From the NCBI RefSeq assembly GCF_037042905.1, contig NC_087252.1, positions 1,924,001 through 1,988,000 on the forward strand: DNA of 64,000 nucleotides, in the 5' to 3' direction. Positions within the stretch are counted from its first letter, which is position 1, and every line of letters starts with the position of its first letter. The position numbers were made by a program, and so were the translations under genes. Source of the stretch: Lytechinus pictus (lineage: Eukaryota). This document shows positions 13,744 to 26,600 of the stretch, one piece after another. A model generated the notes under the pieces. That model saw only the letters and a program-made list of their open reading frames with translations. It made no database searches and was not told where the DNA came from.

Positions 13744-16238
13744 CAAGTCACAGTTTTCATGTTTTTGTTGTATTGTATATTTTAAACTTAAAGATTGATA
13801 TAATTTCAATTATCATGATTATTACTACGCCTTACACTCCTTGTAGATAGTTGAAAAACATAATATTTTTTTCTTTAAGTAATCGTTAGTTTTGACTTTT
13901 CAGTATTTTTTTTATATTTATGTATGTATTTCATATATCCAAAGGTGTGACAACAGCTCAAGCATCTGCTTAACTTGTCATACCACTGCATTTCTGCAAC
14001 CTTGGTATAATCAGTCATGTAAATGATCATAATTATACATCTTTTTATGTAAAATTTAATGTAATTAATGTTGTGATGGTCAAACTATGTACAATGTCAT
14101 GACATACAGAAACGAATAAATAAATAAATAATTTTGGGTCTGACATGGTTTCACAAAATGTTACGTAGCTTTAGAACTTTGTATCCCTGCAATCAAATTT
14201 GGTCTTAAACATTGCGCGAGACTAAAAAAAAACAAACAATGAAATGTCACGGGATTTTTTTTTTTGCGTTACAGATTTATCGTAAAAATGTCGCGGGGGG
14301 GGGGGGGGGTGGCTGTTTCCCCCCCCGGTTGGATAGGGTTAAGAAGTTAAATAAGGTCCATTGTTGTCAAAATCTGTTGATTTTTAGTCTTTTCTGGGCA
14401 AACTAGTCTGCCGACAAACAGTGAATATGCATGGAACTTCTATTGTCTTTATTTGTAGCTTATCCATTTGTCAATTTCACTTTTATGTCCAGTCTGGGTC
14501 CTTTTTTTCATGGAAAAAAGCTATAGGGCCTACATTTATATTAAAGATTTGTTAATCTTTCTAACAAAAGGAAATCCACATAAAATGTTTTCTATCTGCA
14601 CAGAGAAGTGTAATATCCGTCATGATTTGATAATAATTCTCAAAAGAACAAACTACCAGAAGAATACTATGTCAATATAATTGTAGTGTCTGATTTCATT
14701 GTTTTATATTTGCATGATTGTATCTAGACAAAGTCCCAGAGGAGAAAAGCAGGATTAGATCAAATCACCAGCAGTGGTAAGAATGCAATATATTTTGAAT
14801 AGTCCGAGCATCATAATGTATTTTTTCTTCAGGTTAAATAAGAACAGAGTCGAAGGTAAAGATGCTAAATAATCAAAATAGATCACCAAATTGAATTGAA
14901 TACATATACTTACAAATCTTTGGACAATTCTTTGAGGGATCCACATTCTACAAGCCCTGCTGTTTGGTGGATCCCTCCATTTCCTCAACTTTTATTTCAG
15001 TATAAACGATATAAAAAAAGCCATGCAAATTGTTTTATCATTCTCGATAAAACAATTTGCGAGGCTACTTTTAAATATTCTCCTTCTCTATTTAGTTTTA
15101 TATTCATTTTATAAATCATTATTGATTATTGATGATCACATTGTTTAGTGTTTATTGATGTGGCTTACAATGTACATTCATTTTTATTGATTTGTATGGT
15201 TATCATTTTATATCAATGCTATTTAATTGAGTTGATAAATTAAATAAATCAAACGTGAAACTTTTCAAAGTCATTTTTGGTGTCATAAATGACTTATTAT
15301 AACCATAATATCTTGTTGCAGATAAAACCTGTGCAACAAGACTTTTAAAAAGTCCTCAAAAGCGTGGTAATGGTAGGTTCATTGAAAATTCATTCGCAGT
15401 CCATAAGGGCTTAATTGTAGCCTTAAAAAACAATTAAATACAAGAGTATATAAAAATAAATTGCACAATCAAGCAATACTCAAGAAATTAGAATGTTGTA
15501 ATATTTCTTTTAAAAAAATGCAAACAAACTTGCCTTGTAAAATAGATACATACAGGGTTTTAGCGTATAAAAAGAGAATATTAATTTTAAGTACACACGT
15601 CACAATTTTCAGGTAAAACTACAAAGCGTGAGAATGCTAAAAGCGGAAGTATCTACATCAATTGGAAGAGAGAGAGACTCGAAAATAGAGAGAAAGGGAG
15701 AGAGGGGGATGGGAAGGATGTGCGAAGAAGGAAAAGGAATACATCACAGAGATGATGGTTCATTCATCAATAAGCACATTGAATTTAAAGTGACATGAAC
15801 TTTGGAATCATTATCTGTTATATCTGTACAATTATGCATAAAAATCACAAAAAAAAATGTCCAATTGTTGAGTTATAAAATAACTGATTTTCAGAGATCA
15901 CATATTTTGAAATGAGCTTGGATTGTACATAAACCAATTGATACTAATTAAGTGTATACAAGAGAATATTCATTTGATAATTACGGAATACATAACAAAA
16001 TAATATCTTACGATTGCATACCGGCAACTTAGTTATTCAACATTCTGCCTATGATAACTAATACGCATGACCAAGGCCTAGACCGGAGTTAAACGTGGAA
16101 TTGGCAAATAAGCGCTTAGATACATTTTTTGTGATAAGCGCTATATAAATGATGTTAATTATTATTATTATTATAGGGAATGAGCCACATAGTACAAAAA
16201 TAAAGTTTTATTTAATCACGCTATCACATCGTTTCCTT

Positions 16239-16392
16239 GGGTCTGTTGCATAAAACTTTTTACCAGAGAAAACTCTGGTAGAAACTGAAAACCAAGATTA
16301 GTCTGATTACTGCCATTGACTTTAACACAGGGCAAAACCCCCGGTAAAAACAACATGAGTTTTCTCTGGTAAAAAGTTTTATGCAACGGGCC
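16239..16392. mobile_element. Short palindromic MITE
   Basis: gggtctgttgcataaaactttttacc ... ggtaaaaagttttatgcaacgggcc. Related element at ~55926-56086. Confidence 0.6.
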
Positions 16393-17034
16393 TATTGAGT
16401 CTCATAATTTCCAGTGAAAAAATAAATATATTGTAACAAATTCATTCCATCGTGTTCTCAGATTTGAAATCGTGGCAGAATTACCGAAAGTAATTAATTA
16501 TATCATAAACTATGCCTTTAATCAAGCCGTCACCACATTTCGATAGTGACAGAATAACCAGAAAGTTAATTTCATGAAACAGTGCATATAATAATGTCAA
16601 TTATGACATCACATTCCCATTAACATGATTAGTGACAGAACTACCAGAAGGTGAATTCATGGAACATTTCATTTAGTCATGCCGCCATGATATTCATGTA
16701 TCGTTATGTCTTCTTGTTTGGCAGTTCATTGATAAAATTCAAGTTCTTTGTGTTACTGTCTGAGGTCAATTTCAAAATGGACCTATAAAGAGATGGACGA
16801 TTGATTCGAGTCTTTTCTTGATAGTTAGTAGTTATGCATGCATATCGGGTATTTACAACATTTCACAAAAGTCTTGTGCTCATTCCCCCCCACCCCCCAA
16901 AAAAATGCACTATAGTATACGACGTACAGAGAATAAAAAAAGCAAAGAAAATGTATTGTCAATTGTACGTCCTTCGTGACAACTAAGAATTCTCTGTCGA
17001 AAACTTTTCTGTCAAAGATTGGTGATTCACAAAG

Positions 17035-20000
17035 TAGACGGGTCAATATACGACCAAAAATAGCCTTACCCGGAACAAATTGCAACAAATGATTTTTCAA
17101 CGGTATTTTGTACTATTTGACCCCAGGAATAACATACTAAAAATCTACCAAAATCCGCATCCGGGAAAGTGGTTATTTTCATAATGGCGTCCAAGATGGC
17201 CGCCATTCACTGAAAATGGATACAACTGACACATTATCCACCCTAGAATACTATTTCGGTTCATATTCCATGGTCTGGGGGTACACAAATTGATTTAGGC
17301 TAGAATGCATTATAAGCCCTCCAGTGTACCAGGCAAATCGAAGATGGCGCCCGAAATGGCTGCCGTAGACTCCACAATCCACAATTCATCTAAATTTGTT
17401 TTTTATTCAATGGTTTTAAGGGTGAAATAGTACATTTCATAACCGCCTGGGACATAATGATTTTGGTGTCTAGACCATGATTTCAATAGTCAAATAAGAC
17501 ATTGGGATAAGTTACAAGGACAGTCAGTGGTCCAGTATGTTAAAAAATCCAAGATGGCTTCCAAAAATGGAGTCGAAAATTGCTGTTGCTACTTAAAAAA
17601 ACCCGACATAGTTTGCTCAATGTCCAGAAATATGATTTTTGTGTCTATACAATGGTTAAATGGGTCAAATAATACATTGGGACAAGTTACAAGGAAAGTC
17701 ATTGGTCTGGTATGTGCAAAAATCCTCGATGGATTCTAAAAATTGATTCTGAAATGGCTGCTAATACTTAAAGCGGACAAAGCTCATTTCATTCTGGCCA
17801 GGGATATGTGATTTTGATGTGTAAACCACTGGTTTCAAGGGTCAAATAATATATTAGGATAAGTTACAAGGATAGTTAATGGTCTGGTATGTCCAAAAAT
17901 CGAAGATGGCGTCCAAAATTTGGATTTAAAAATATGCTGCTGATACTTAAAGCGGACAAACTCCTTTCATATCGGCCTGGAGATTTGATTTTGGTGTCTA
18001 AACCACTAGTTTCAAGGATCATTAGGGCAAGTTACAAAGACAGTCAGTGGCCTGGTCGGTCAAAAAATTTAAGTTGGCTTCCAAAAATTGATTCTAAATT
18101 GACTGCTGCTACTTAAAGCGGACATAGCTTATTTCATATTGGCATGGGAGATGCGATTTTGGTGTCTAAACCACTGGTTTAAGGGCCAAAATAATACATT
18201 AGGACAGGTTTTAAGGCCAGTCAGTGGTCTGGTATGACCAAAAATCCAATATGGCTTCCAAAACTTGATTCTAAAATGGCTGTTGATACTTAAAAGTGGC
18301 ATAGCTCATTTTAAATCCGCTGTGAGATATGATTTCGGTGTCTAAACTATGGTTTCAAGGGTCAAATTATATATTAGGACAAGACAATGGCAGTCAGTGG
18401 TCTAGTATGTCCAAAATTACAAGATGGCTTCCAAAAATGGAGTAAAAATATGTATGATGTTACTTATAAAAGGACATAGTTTGTTTAATATCTGTCTTGG
18501 GAATATGAGTTTGGTGTTAAAAGCATGGTTTAAAAGGGTCAAGTAATACACTAGGGTAAGTTACAAGACCAGTCAGTTGTCTGTATGTTAAAAAATCCAA
18601 GATTACTTCAAAAGAATGGGGTGTAAATTGAATGTTGCTACTTAAAAGTATGCATAGTTTATTATAAATACACCTTGGAGGTATGATTTTGCTGTCTATA
18701 CTAGAGTTTACAGGGTCAAGCAATACATTCGGTTAAGTTGAAAGGACAGTCAGGTGTATGTCCAAATATCAAAGATGGCTTTAAAAATGGGGGTCTTGAA
18801 TGACTGCTGTTACTTAAAAGTGGATGTAGAACATTATGAATACACCTTGGGGATATTATTTTGGTGTCTACACAAGGGTTTCAAGGGCCAAACAATACTT
18901 TGGGACTGGTTACCATGATATGCAGCTATCCATTTTGCCTTAAAATCCAAGTTGGCTTAAAAAATGGGTTCTAAGGTGACTACTGTTACATAAAATAGCT
19001 ACCTGTTAGAAATAATCTTGGTGCCTACACTTAAATGCATGGGGACAAGTTATCATATTGTTTCATGAGTTGGTAACAGCACCCATTTTGATGAAATTTT
19101 AGAATCCATCATGGATTATTTGACAAAATGGAGTACTTACCATCCTTGTTACTTGTTTGAATGTATTATTTGACCCTTCATACCACAATTTGGACACCAA
19201 CATTATTTCTTGCAGATGAATATTGTAGAACTCTGACCTCTATTGAATGATATAAGTCGTTTCAGATTCCTTTTTTAAAAACCCTCTTGTCAATGTTTTA
19301 GGCGAACTGGACAACTGCATATCAATGTAACCAGTTCAAACGTATTATTTTAACCTTGAAACCATAGTGTGGACACCGAAATCATATCTCCTAGGTGGAT
19401 TTTAAATGAACTATGACCATTTTTAAAGTAACAGCAGTCATTTTAGACTCCGATTTTTTGAAGTTTTCTTAGATTTTCGACATACTGGACCACTGACTGT
19501 CCTTGTAACTAATTTTCTGCCTTTTGAAACCATGATATAGGCAACAAAATCATATGCCCTTGACGAATAAAACATGAACTATGTCCATTTTTAAATACCA
19601 TCGCAGCTAAATGATACTATTTTTTAAGCCACCGTGGACTTTTGGACTTACTAGACCACCAATCGTCCTTGTAACTTATCCCAATTTATTATTTGACCCA
19701 TTTAACCATGGTATAGGCACAAAAAATCATATTCCCGGATATTGAACAAACTATATTGGGGTTTTTTTAAGTGACAACAGCATATTTTACTCCATTTTTG
19801 GAAGCCATCGTGGATTTTTGAACAGGTGGATGTGATAGGAGCTATGTCCATTTTAAGGATTAACAGCCATTTTAAACTCAATTTTCGGAAGCCATTTTGA
19901 ATTTTTGGAAACACCAGACCACTGGCTGTCCTTGTAACTTGTCCCGACGTGCTACTTCATCATTAAAACAATCGGATGGACACCAAATTAAAGCCACTTA

Positions 20001-20357
20001 AGTAAGTAATAGATGAATTGTGGATTTTTTAGACTACGGCAGCAATTTTGGGCGCCATCTTTTTCCTGGTACCCTGGAGTGCTAATATTCACTCTAATTT
20101 GTATAAATAAATTCTTTTACCCATTGGACCATGGAATATGAATCCAAATAGGATTCTAGGGTGGATAATGAGTGAGATATATCCATTTTTAGTGAATGGC
20201 GGCCATCTTGGACGCCATCTTGAAAATAACCACTTTCCCGGATGCGGATTTTGGTAGATTTTTAGTATGTTATTCCTGAGGTCAAATAGTACAAAATACC
20301 GTTGAAAAATCATTTGTTGCAATTTGTTCCGGGTCAAACCATATATTGACCCGTCTA
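17035..20357. mobile_element. 3.3 kb non-autonomous foldback DNA transposon, Academ-like
   Basis: TAGACGGGTCAATATA ... TATATTGACCCGTCTA termini with >300 bp TIRs and AAG on both flanks (3-bp TSD). Interior is ~175-180 bp tandem units, inverted in the two halves. Confidence 0.8.
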
Positions 20358-20569
20358 AAGGCAGTTTTGTCTTTGACTCTGGACAAACATCATGCAGTTT
20401 ATCGTTAGCTTCGAAATTTTAGGCCAAAACTGTTGTTCCAGGTTACTAATTTTCGAGAAAGGCCTCAAAGCTGTTCTCTGTCATTTTACGGGCATTTCAA
20501 TTAATTTGCTGTATTCTTAAAGATTCCCCCTTTTCGTAAACCGGTATCGGAAACCAGAGTAGGTTGAAA

Positions 20570-20670
20570 TTATATTGGCTGACAGACAGAGTGCGCAACA
20601 TATTTCTGTCTGGCTAACAAGGAGGTGTCTGCCATCTTACTACTTGGTCCACTGAATTGGAGAGTACCTC
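20570..20670 (-). CDS. Putative last exon of the receptor gene
   Basis: tttttttaag|GA gives phase-1 GGTLQFSGPSSKMADTSLLARQKYVAHSVCQPI*. No independent homology support. Confidence 0.35.
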
Positions 20671-23600
20671 CTTAAAAAAAAAATCAAAATTAAATAACTA
20701 CAAAGAAAAAAATTGTCTAAACGACAGTCAATCATTTTCCCTTTGAAATATGTACATCATACAGAGCAAGAATCATATGTTGTGTTATTATATAACATTT
20801 TCATTAGGTTAAATTTTCTCTGTAAATGAACGCCTGATACAAACAACAACAACATCAACGTCCATACGTAACGGAGCAAAAGCTCCCTATTGTAGTTTAT
20901 TATGCATACACACCGGTGTGTAATTAGTATAAAGATAAAACCTGAAATGCGAATAGAAGACATTATGCCTTAAGCCCCTTTCACAATTGACGTACGACCA
21001 TTTGCGACCTTTTGGGTCGTGCAACAGGCTGCAACAGGCATCAGTTGCTAGTCATCTCATACGATCACACAAAAGCTTTAACAAATGCAGCAGCCGTCGT
21101 ACAACAAAAACAACCAGTAAACCCCGTTGCACGAGTAAGTCGCACATGCTCTCATTGTGCTCGTGCGATCACATGCGAGTGTTGCACGAGGGATTGCGAG
21201 TGGAACGGTCGCGCAAACATGCGAATGCAACGTTAGTGCAATGTTGTAAGCCGTTGTGATCGGTCTTGCAACAGTCTTATGGCCTATATATTATCGCACC
21301 CAGTCGCAAGACTGGTCTCTGTACATGAAGGTCGCTAGCACATGTGCAAGTGTTGTACGACCTCCAGTCGACTAAATGCGACTACTAAAGCCCCTTTCAC
21401 AATTGACGTACGACCATTTGCGACCTTTTGGTCGTGCGACAGGCTGCAACAGGCATCAATCGCTAGTCATCTCATAAGATCGCACAGAGGCTTTCACAGT
21501 TGCAACAGCCGTCGTACAACAAAAACAACCAGTAAACCCCGTTGCACGAGTAAGTCGCATATGCTCTTATTGTGCTCGTGCGATCACATGCGAGTGTTGC
21601 ACGAGGGATTGCGAGTGGAACGGTCGCATACATGCGAATGAAACGGTAGTGCAATGTTGTAAGCCGTTGCGATCGGTCTTGCAACAGTCTTATGGCCCAT
21701 ATTATTATCGCAACCAGTCGCAAGACAGGTCTCTGTACATGTACGTCGCTTGCACATGTGCAAGTGTTGCACGACCTCCAGTCAAGTTAATGCGACTACT
21801 TAGTTGTGCCACCTCTCGCACCAAGTCGTACAACGTTGAACAACACTCGCACGATGATCGCCCGACCGATGGTACGACCCCGGGTACGGCCTGATGCGAG
21901 TGAATCGATCGTATTTGATCGCGTTCGGATTTTGAACATGTTCAAAGTTCAGATGTGACCAGTCACGACCACCTCGAGTTCGTGCGACCGTCTACAACGA
22001 CTGCGAGTGCTCGCAAGACACCAAGAGATCGATCGTGCAACAACAAGAAAAAACTGTTGCAGGCAGTCGTAAACTGGTCGGACGTCAATTGTGAAAGGGG
22101 CTGAACGGTCGTATACATGCGAATGCAACGGTAGTGGAATGTAGTAAGCCGTAATTTCGATCGGTCTTGCAACAGTCTCATATTATCGCACCCAGTCGCA
22201 AGACTGGTCTCTGTAGGTCTCCAGCACATGTGCAAGTGTTGTACGACCTCAAGTCGACTAAATGCGACTATACTTAGTTGTGCCACCTCTCGCACCAAGT
22301 CGTACAACGTTGAACAACACTCACACGATGATCGCCCGACCGATGGTACGACCTGTTGCGAGTGAATCAATCGTATTTGATCGCGTTTGGATTTTGAACA
22401 TGTTCAAAGTTCAGATGCGACCAGTCACGATCACCTCCGACCACCTCGAGTTTGTGCGATCGTCTACAACGACTGCGAGTGCTCGCAAGACACCAAGGGA
22501 TCGATCGTGCAACAACAAGAAAAAACTGTTGCAGGTGGTCGTAAACAGGTCGTACGTCAATTGTGAAAGGGGCTTTAGTTGTGCCGACTCTCGCATCAAG
22601 GCATACAACGTTGAACAATCACACGATGATCTCCAGACCGATGGTACGATCTGATGCGAGTGAGTCTATCGTATTTGATCGCGTTTGGATTTTGAACATC
22701 TTCAAAGATCAGATGCGACCAGTCACGACCACCTCGAGTTTGCATGGTTTGTGCGATCGTCTACAACGACTGCGAGTGCTCGCAAGATACCAAGAGATCG
22801 ATCGTGCAACAACAGGCGGTCGTAAACAGGTCGTACGTCAATTGTGAAAGGGGCTTTACACAACATCATAATATGCAGGTTACCAAATTTACCAGATGAC
22901 TCTTTCCACATACAATCTAATACAAGGATACCATGCATATACGAAACCATTTTATAGCACTCATGTTTGGTTACACCTATCCGAGCATTATAAAATCTTC
23001 AGATATTGGGACTTTACAACATTATCTACAGTGCGTATCAAAAAAAGTTTACACTTTGAAAAAGCCCTGGGAATTAAAAATATACAACATGTGGGTATTT
23101 TTTTTTACATATAATCTTGGGTTTGGGTCTTATCTATCCAATGAACGTAAAAGTTTTGACAGAATGTTACACTTGTGTGAGCACTGTCCATTTTTGTAAA
23201 GCTCGCAGAAATCTGTTTGCGCAGAAATGCTCGTTTTCACGCTGTGTCAAGGGGAAAGGACGAAATCAAACTTACCCTGCGAAACATTTTTCATACATTT
23301 CCCTTGCACTTTTAGTCAATTGAAATAAAACGGATACATTCAAGCATTTTGTAACGATTTTGCCACCCAAATTCAAATTTCAACACTGAGTAAGCACAAC
23401 CTTTACACTTTTTGTGCCAGCTGGATCTGAGCACATAACTGAATCTGAAAAAAATGTTTAGGCCTATATCGGACATCTCCAGCATTTTAATTAACATTTA
23501 TATAGCGCTTAATACAACAGTTTCTAAGCGCATTGGAAAGAAGAAAAAAAAAGTGAGAACAGGATATGGAACTAAGAGGACTGCTTAATGAGGTAAGATT

Positions 23601-26600
23601 TGAGGAGTGTTTTGAAAGATTCGACAGTGGATGCATTACGGATGGAGATGGGGAGATTGTTCCAGAGTTTAGGGGCAAGAGCAGAAAAAGCACGATCGCC
23701 ATAACGGGTAAAAGTGCGGGTCCTAGAGATAGTCGAAGGTGAGCAGTAGAAGAAGATCGGAGACGTTGAGTTGCAGAGGATAAGGGACAGAGAGAGATAA
23801 GATTTTGAAGGTAGGATGGGGCGAGACCATGGATGATTTTATAGACAAGGAGAAGGAGCTTGAAAATAATTCTATTATGAACCTGAAGCCAATGGAGGGA
23901 GTAGAGAATAGGGGTGATATGTTCAAATTTCTTTGTGAGGGTTACCAATCTAGCTGCGGTATTTTGAATTCTTTGAAGGGGGGCTATACTAGATTGAGGT
24001 AAACCAGCAAGTAAAGCATTACAATAATCTAAATGGGATGATACAAAGGCATGTACTATACGTTCAGTAGATGATTTATCAAGATACTTTCTTAACTTCC
24101 CTATCTTACAAATACCCCATGATGCACAACGACAAACATTTCTGATATGCTGGTTAAGGGTCGAGTTGTTATCAACAATAACTCCAAGGTCCCTTACAGT
24201 ATCTGAACCACTGATATTTCCAGCGAGAAAATCTAAACAAGGTAAATGACCTGAGCTCCTAAACCTAGAGAAAACATGCAACATCTCAGTTTTTAGTTCA
24301 TTGAGCTGAACCTTGTTGTCGGATGACCAACGCTTGATATCAGCAATGCAGGCAGACAGTCTTTGAACAGCAACTCCTCGATCAGCTGGCTTCATGGTGA
24401 GATATATCTGAGTATCATCAGCATAGGTAGTAAACTGGATACCCATATGAGAGTTGATAATCCTTCCTAAAGGACCAGTATACAGGATATACAAGAGAGG
24501 TCCGATAACGGAGCCTTGCGGGACACCATAGGGCAGAGAAAAGGGTTTAGAAAATGAACCATTCACGACAACCTTATGGCTTCGTCCGGCAAGTTAGGAT
24601 TCCAACCAAAGAAGAACAGTTCCGCTGAAGCCGTAATCATGTTCCAAACGTTGAAGAAGAACACCATGGTCCAGCGTGTCAAACGCAGCTGAGTAATCCA
24701 AAAGGATGAGAACAGCCTCTTGTCCTTTATCCACAGCAAGCAGAAGATAATTATGAACCTTTATCAGGGCCGTTTCAGTAGAATGAAAATGGCGATAAGC
24801 TGACTGATTTGGTGGAAACAGCCCCTTTTCTAAGAAATGGCAAATTAGCAATAGGTCTGTAGTTCTTGAAATCATTAGTTTCCAGGCTGGGTCTTTTCAA
24901 AAGTGGCAAAACACAGGCTGTTTTATAAGACTCAGGAACAACACCAGATGATAAGGAAAGGTTCATGATGAGAGTTATAACAGGCAGGAGTTCGTCGAGG
25001 CATGCCTTCACTAGCCAAGTTGGGAGGGGATCCAAGCTACAAGATTTCGAAGGAAGTGACTTGATGACACGCTTAACCTGCATTTCAGAAACAAGGTCAA
25101 ATTCTGAGAGGTTGGAGTCATGTGAAATCCCAGTCTGAGAAGGCAGTAATAGATCATCAGAAAAAGGGACGTTGAATGAAGAATTGATAGACGCGACCAT
25201 ATTCTCGAAGAACTCCCCAAATCTGTTGGCAAGGTCCTCATCAGAGTCATGATAAGGAAATGTGGTGGACTGCAGAGGTGAAGAAAATTTCTTCACGATC
25301 TGGAACAGCTGCTTTGAATCTGATCCTGCGATCTCACCTTTGAAGTAGCTTGACTTAGCCTCAAAGAGTTTACTGTAGTAAGAGTCACATTCCTGCTTGT
25401 ACAGCTGTTTATGAATACAAAGTCCAGATTTCAGCATCAGTCGCTCAGCACGACGTCTGCACCTCTTCGCTTCCTTGATTTCTTCACTATGCCATGGAGC
25501 TTTGGGCTTGATTGTGCTGATCTTACTTTCAACAGGAGCATGCTTATTGAGGAGATCCAACAATTTCATATTATACATGTTTACAGATGCTGTAGGACAA
25601 GACGATAACAAAGACATGACTAATGAATTCAAAATGTCTTGTCTGAAGGAGCAGATATCAACACTCTGTAACTTCCTGTACGTGATCCGCTTCCTCGGAT
25701 TCCCAGAACTTTCAGTCTTAATTCTTGCAATGACAGCAGAATGATCAGAAGGCAGGTTGGACAGAAGATGGATACCAGAGACTATGTCATCAACTCTCCT
25801 TGAAATGATTAAGTCTATGTATGTCCAGCACGGTGAGTTGGCTCCTGAACATGCTGCTGAAATCCAAGTGAGTCCAGAGAACCGAGGAAGGTCCTTACGT
25901 AGCTTGCACTAGTGTTATCAACATGAATGTTGAAGTCCCCAACTATTAGGGGACAATTATCATCGATAGCTGCAGACTCCAAGAGAGTGAAGAATTCAGA
26001 TGTGAACATTCCGCAAGTCAGTTTGTTCGAAGAAGAAGGTGGCGGTCGATAAACTGCATACAGATGCAGAACTGACGACGGTGAGAAACGGATGCTAAGG
26101 TCCAGGAGCTCGAAAGATGAAAACTTGTGTATTTCCTTAACGGATGTGGTGGCAGATGATCGATGGATGACACATATGCCTCCTCCTCTAGCGGTCTTTC
26201 GAGGACAATGTAGGATTTCATAATTGGGAAGCGTTGACTTTAAGTCAGCTATAACAATGTCATCCCTGCAATCTCCTGTGAGCCATGACTCTGTAACAAC
26301 TAGTACGTACGTCAAAGTTGTTATCATTTAAAGTGGATTTACATTTCATTTTTAATTGATACTTGTTTCTCCACTTTTTTCCCGAGCTTGACAATGATTA
26401 ACAGAATGAAAATCAAGCATAAGCCATTTCATGTAAATCACAGCTCAGTGTAAAGCAAATGTCGTCACGATGGCCTCGGTTTGTGGGGGTGTGGGATGGG
26501 GCGCAATGTACTCTTCGGAAGTGTTTTGGGCAAGGAAACAAATAAAAAAAGGTAAAAGATATCTTCAAATCAATTTTACTAGCTAAATTCCAATTGTTCT

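Noticed and set aside
20987..22950. Many 60-135 aa ORFs
   Set aside because: Derived from repeated CpG-rich MITE copies with no protein motif.
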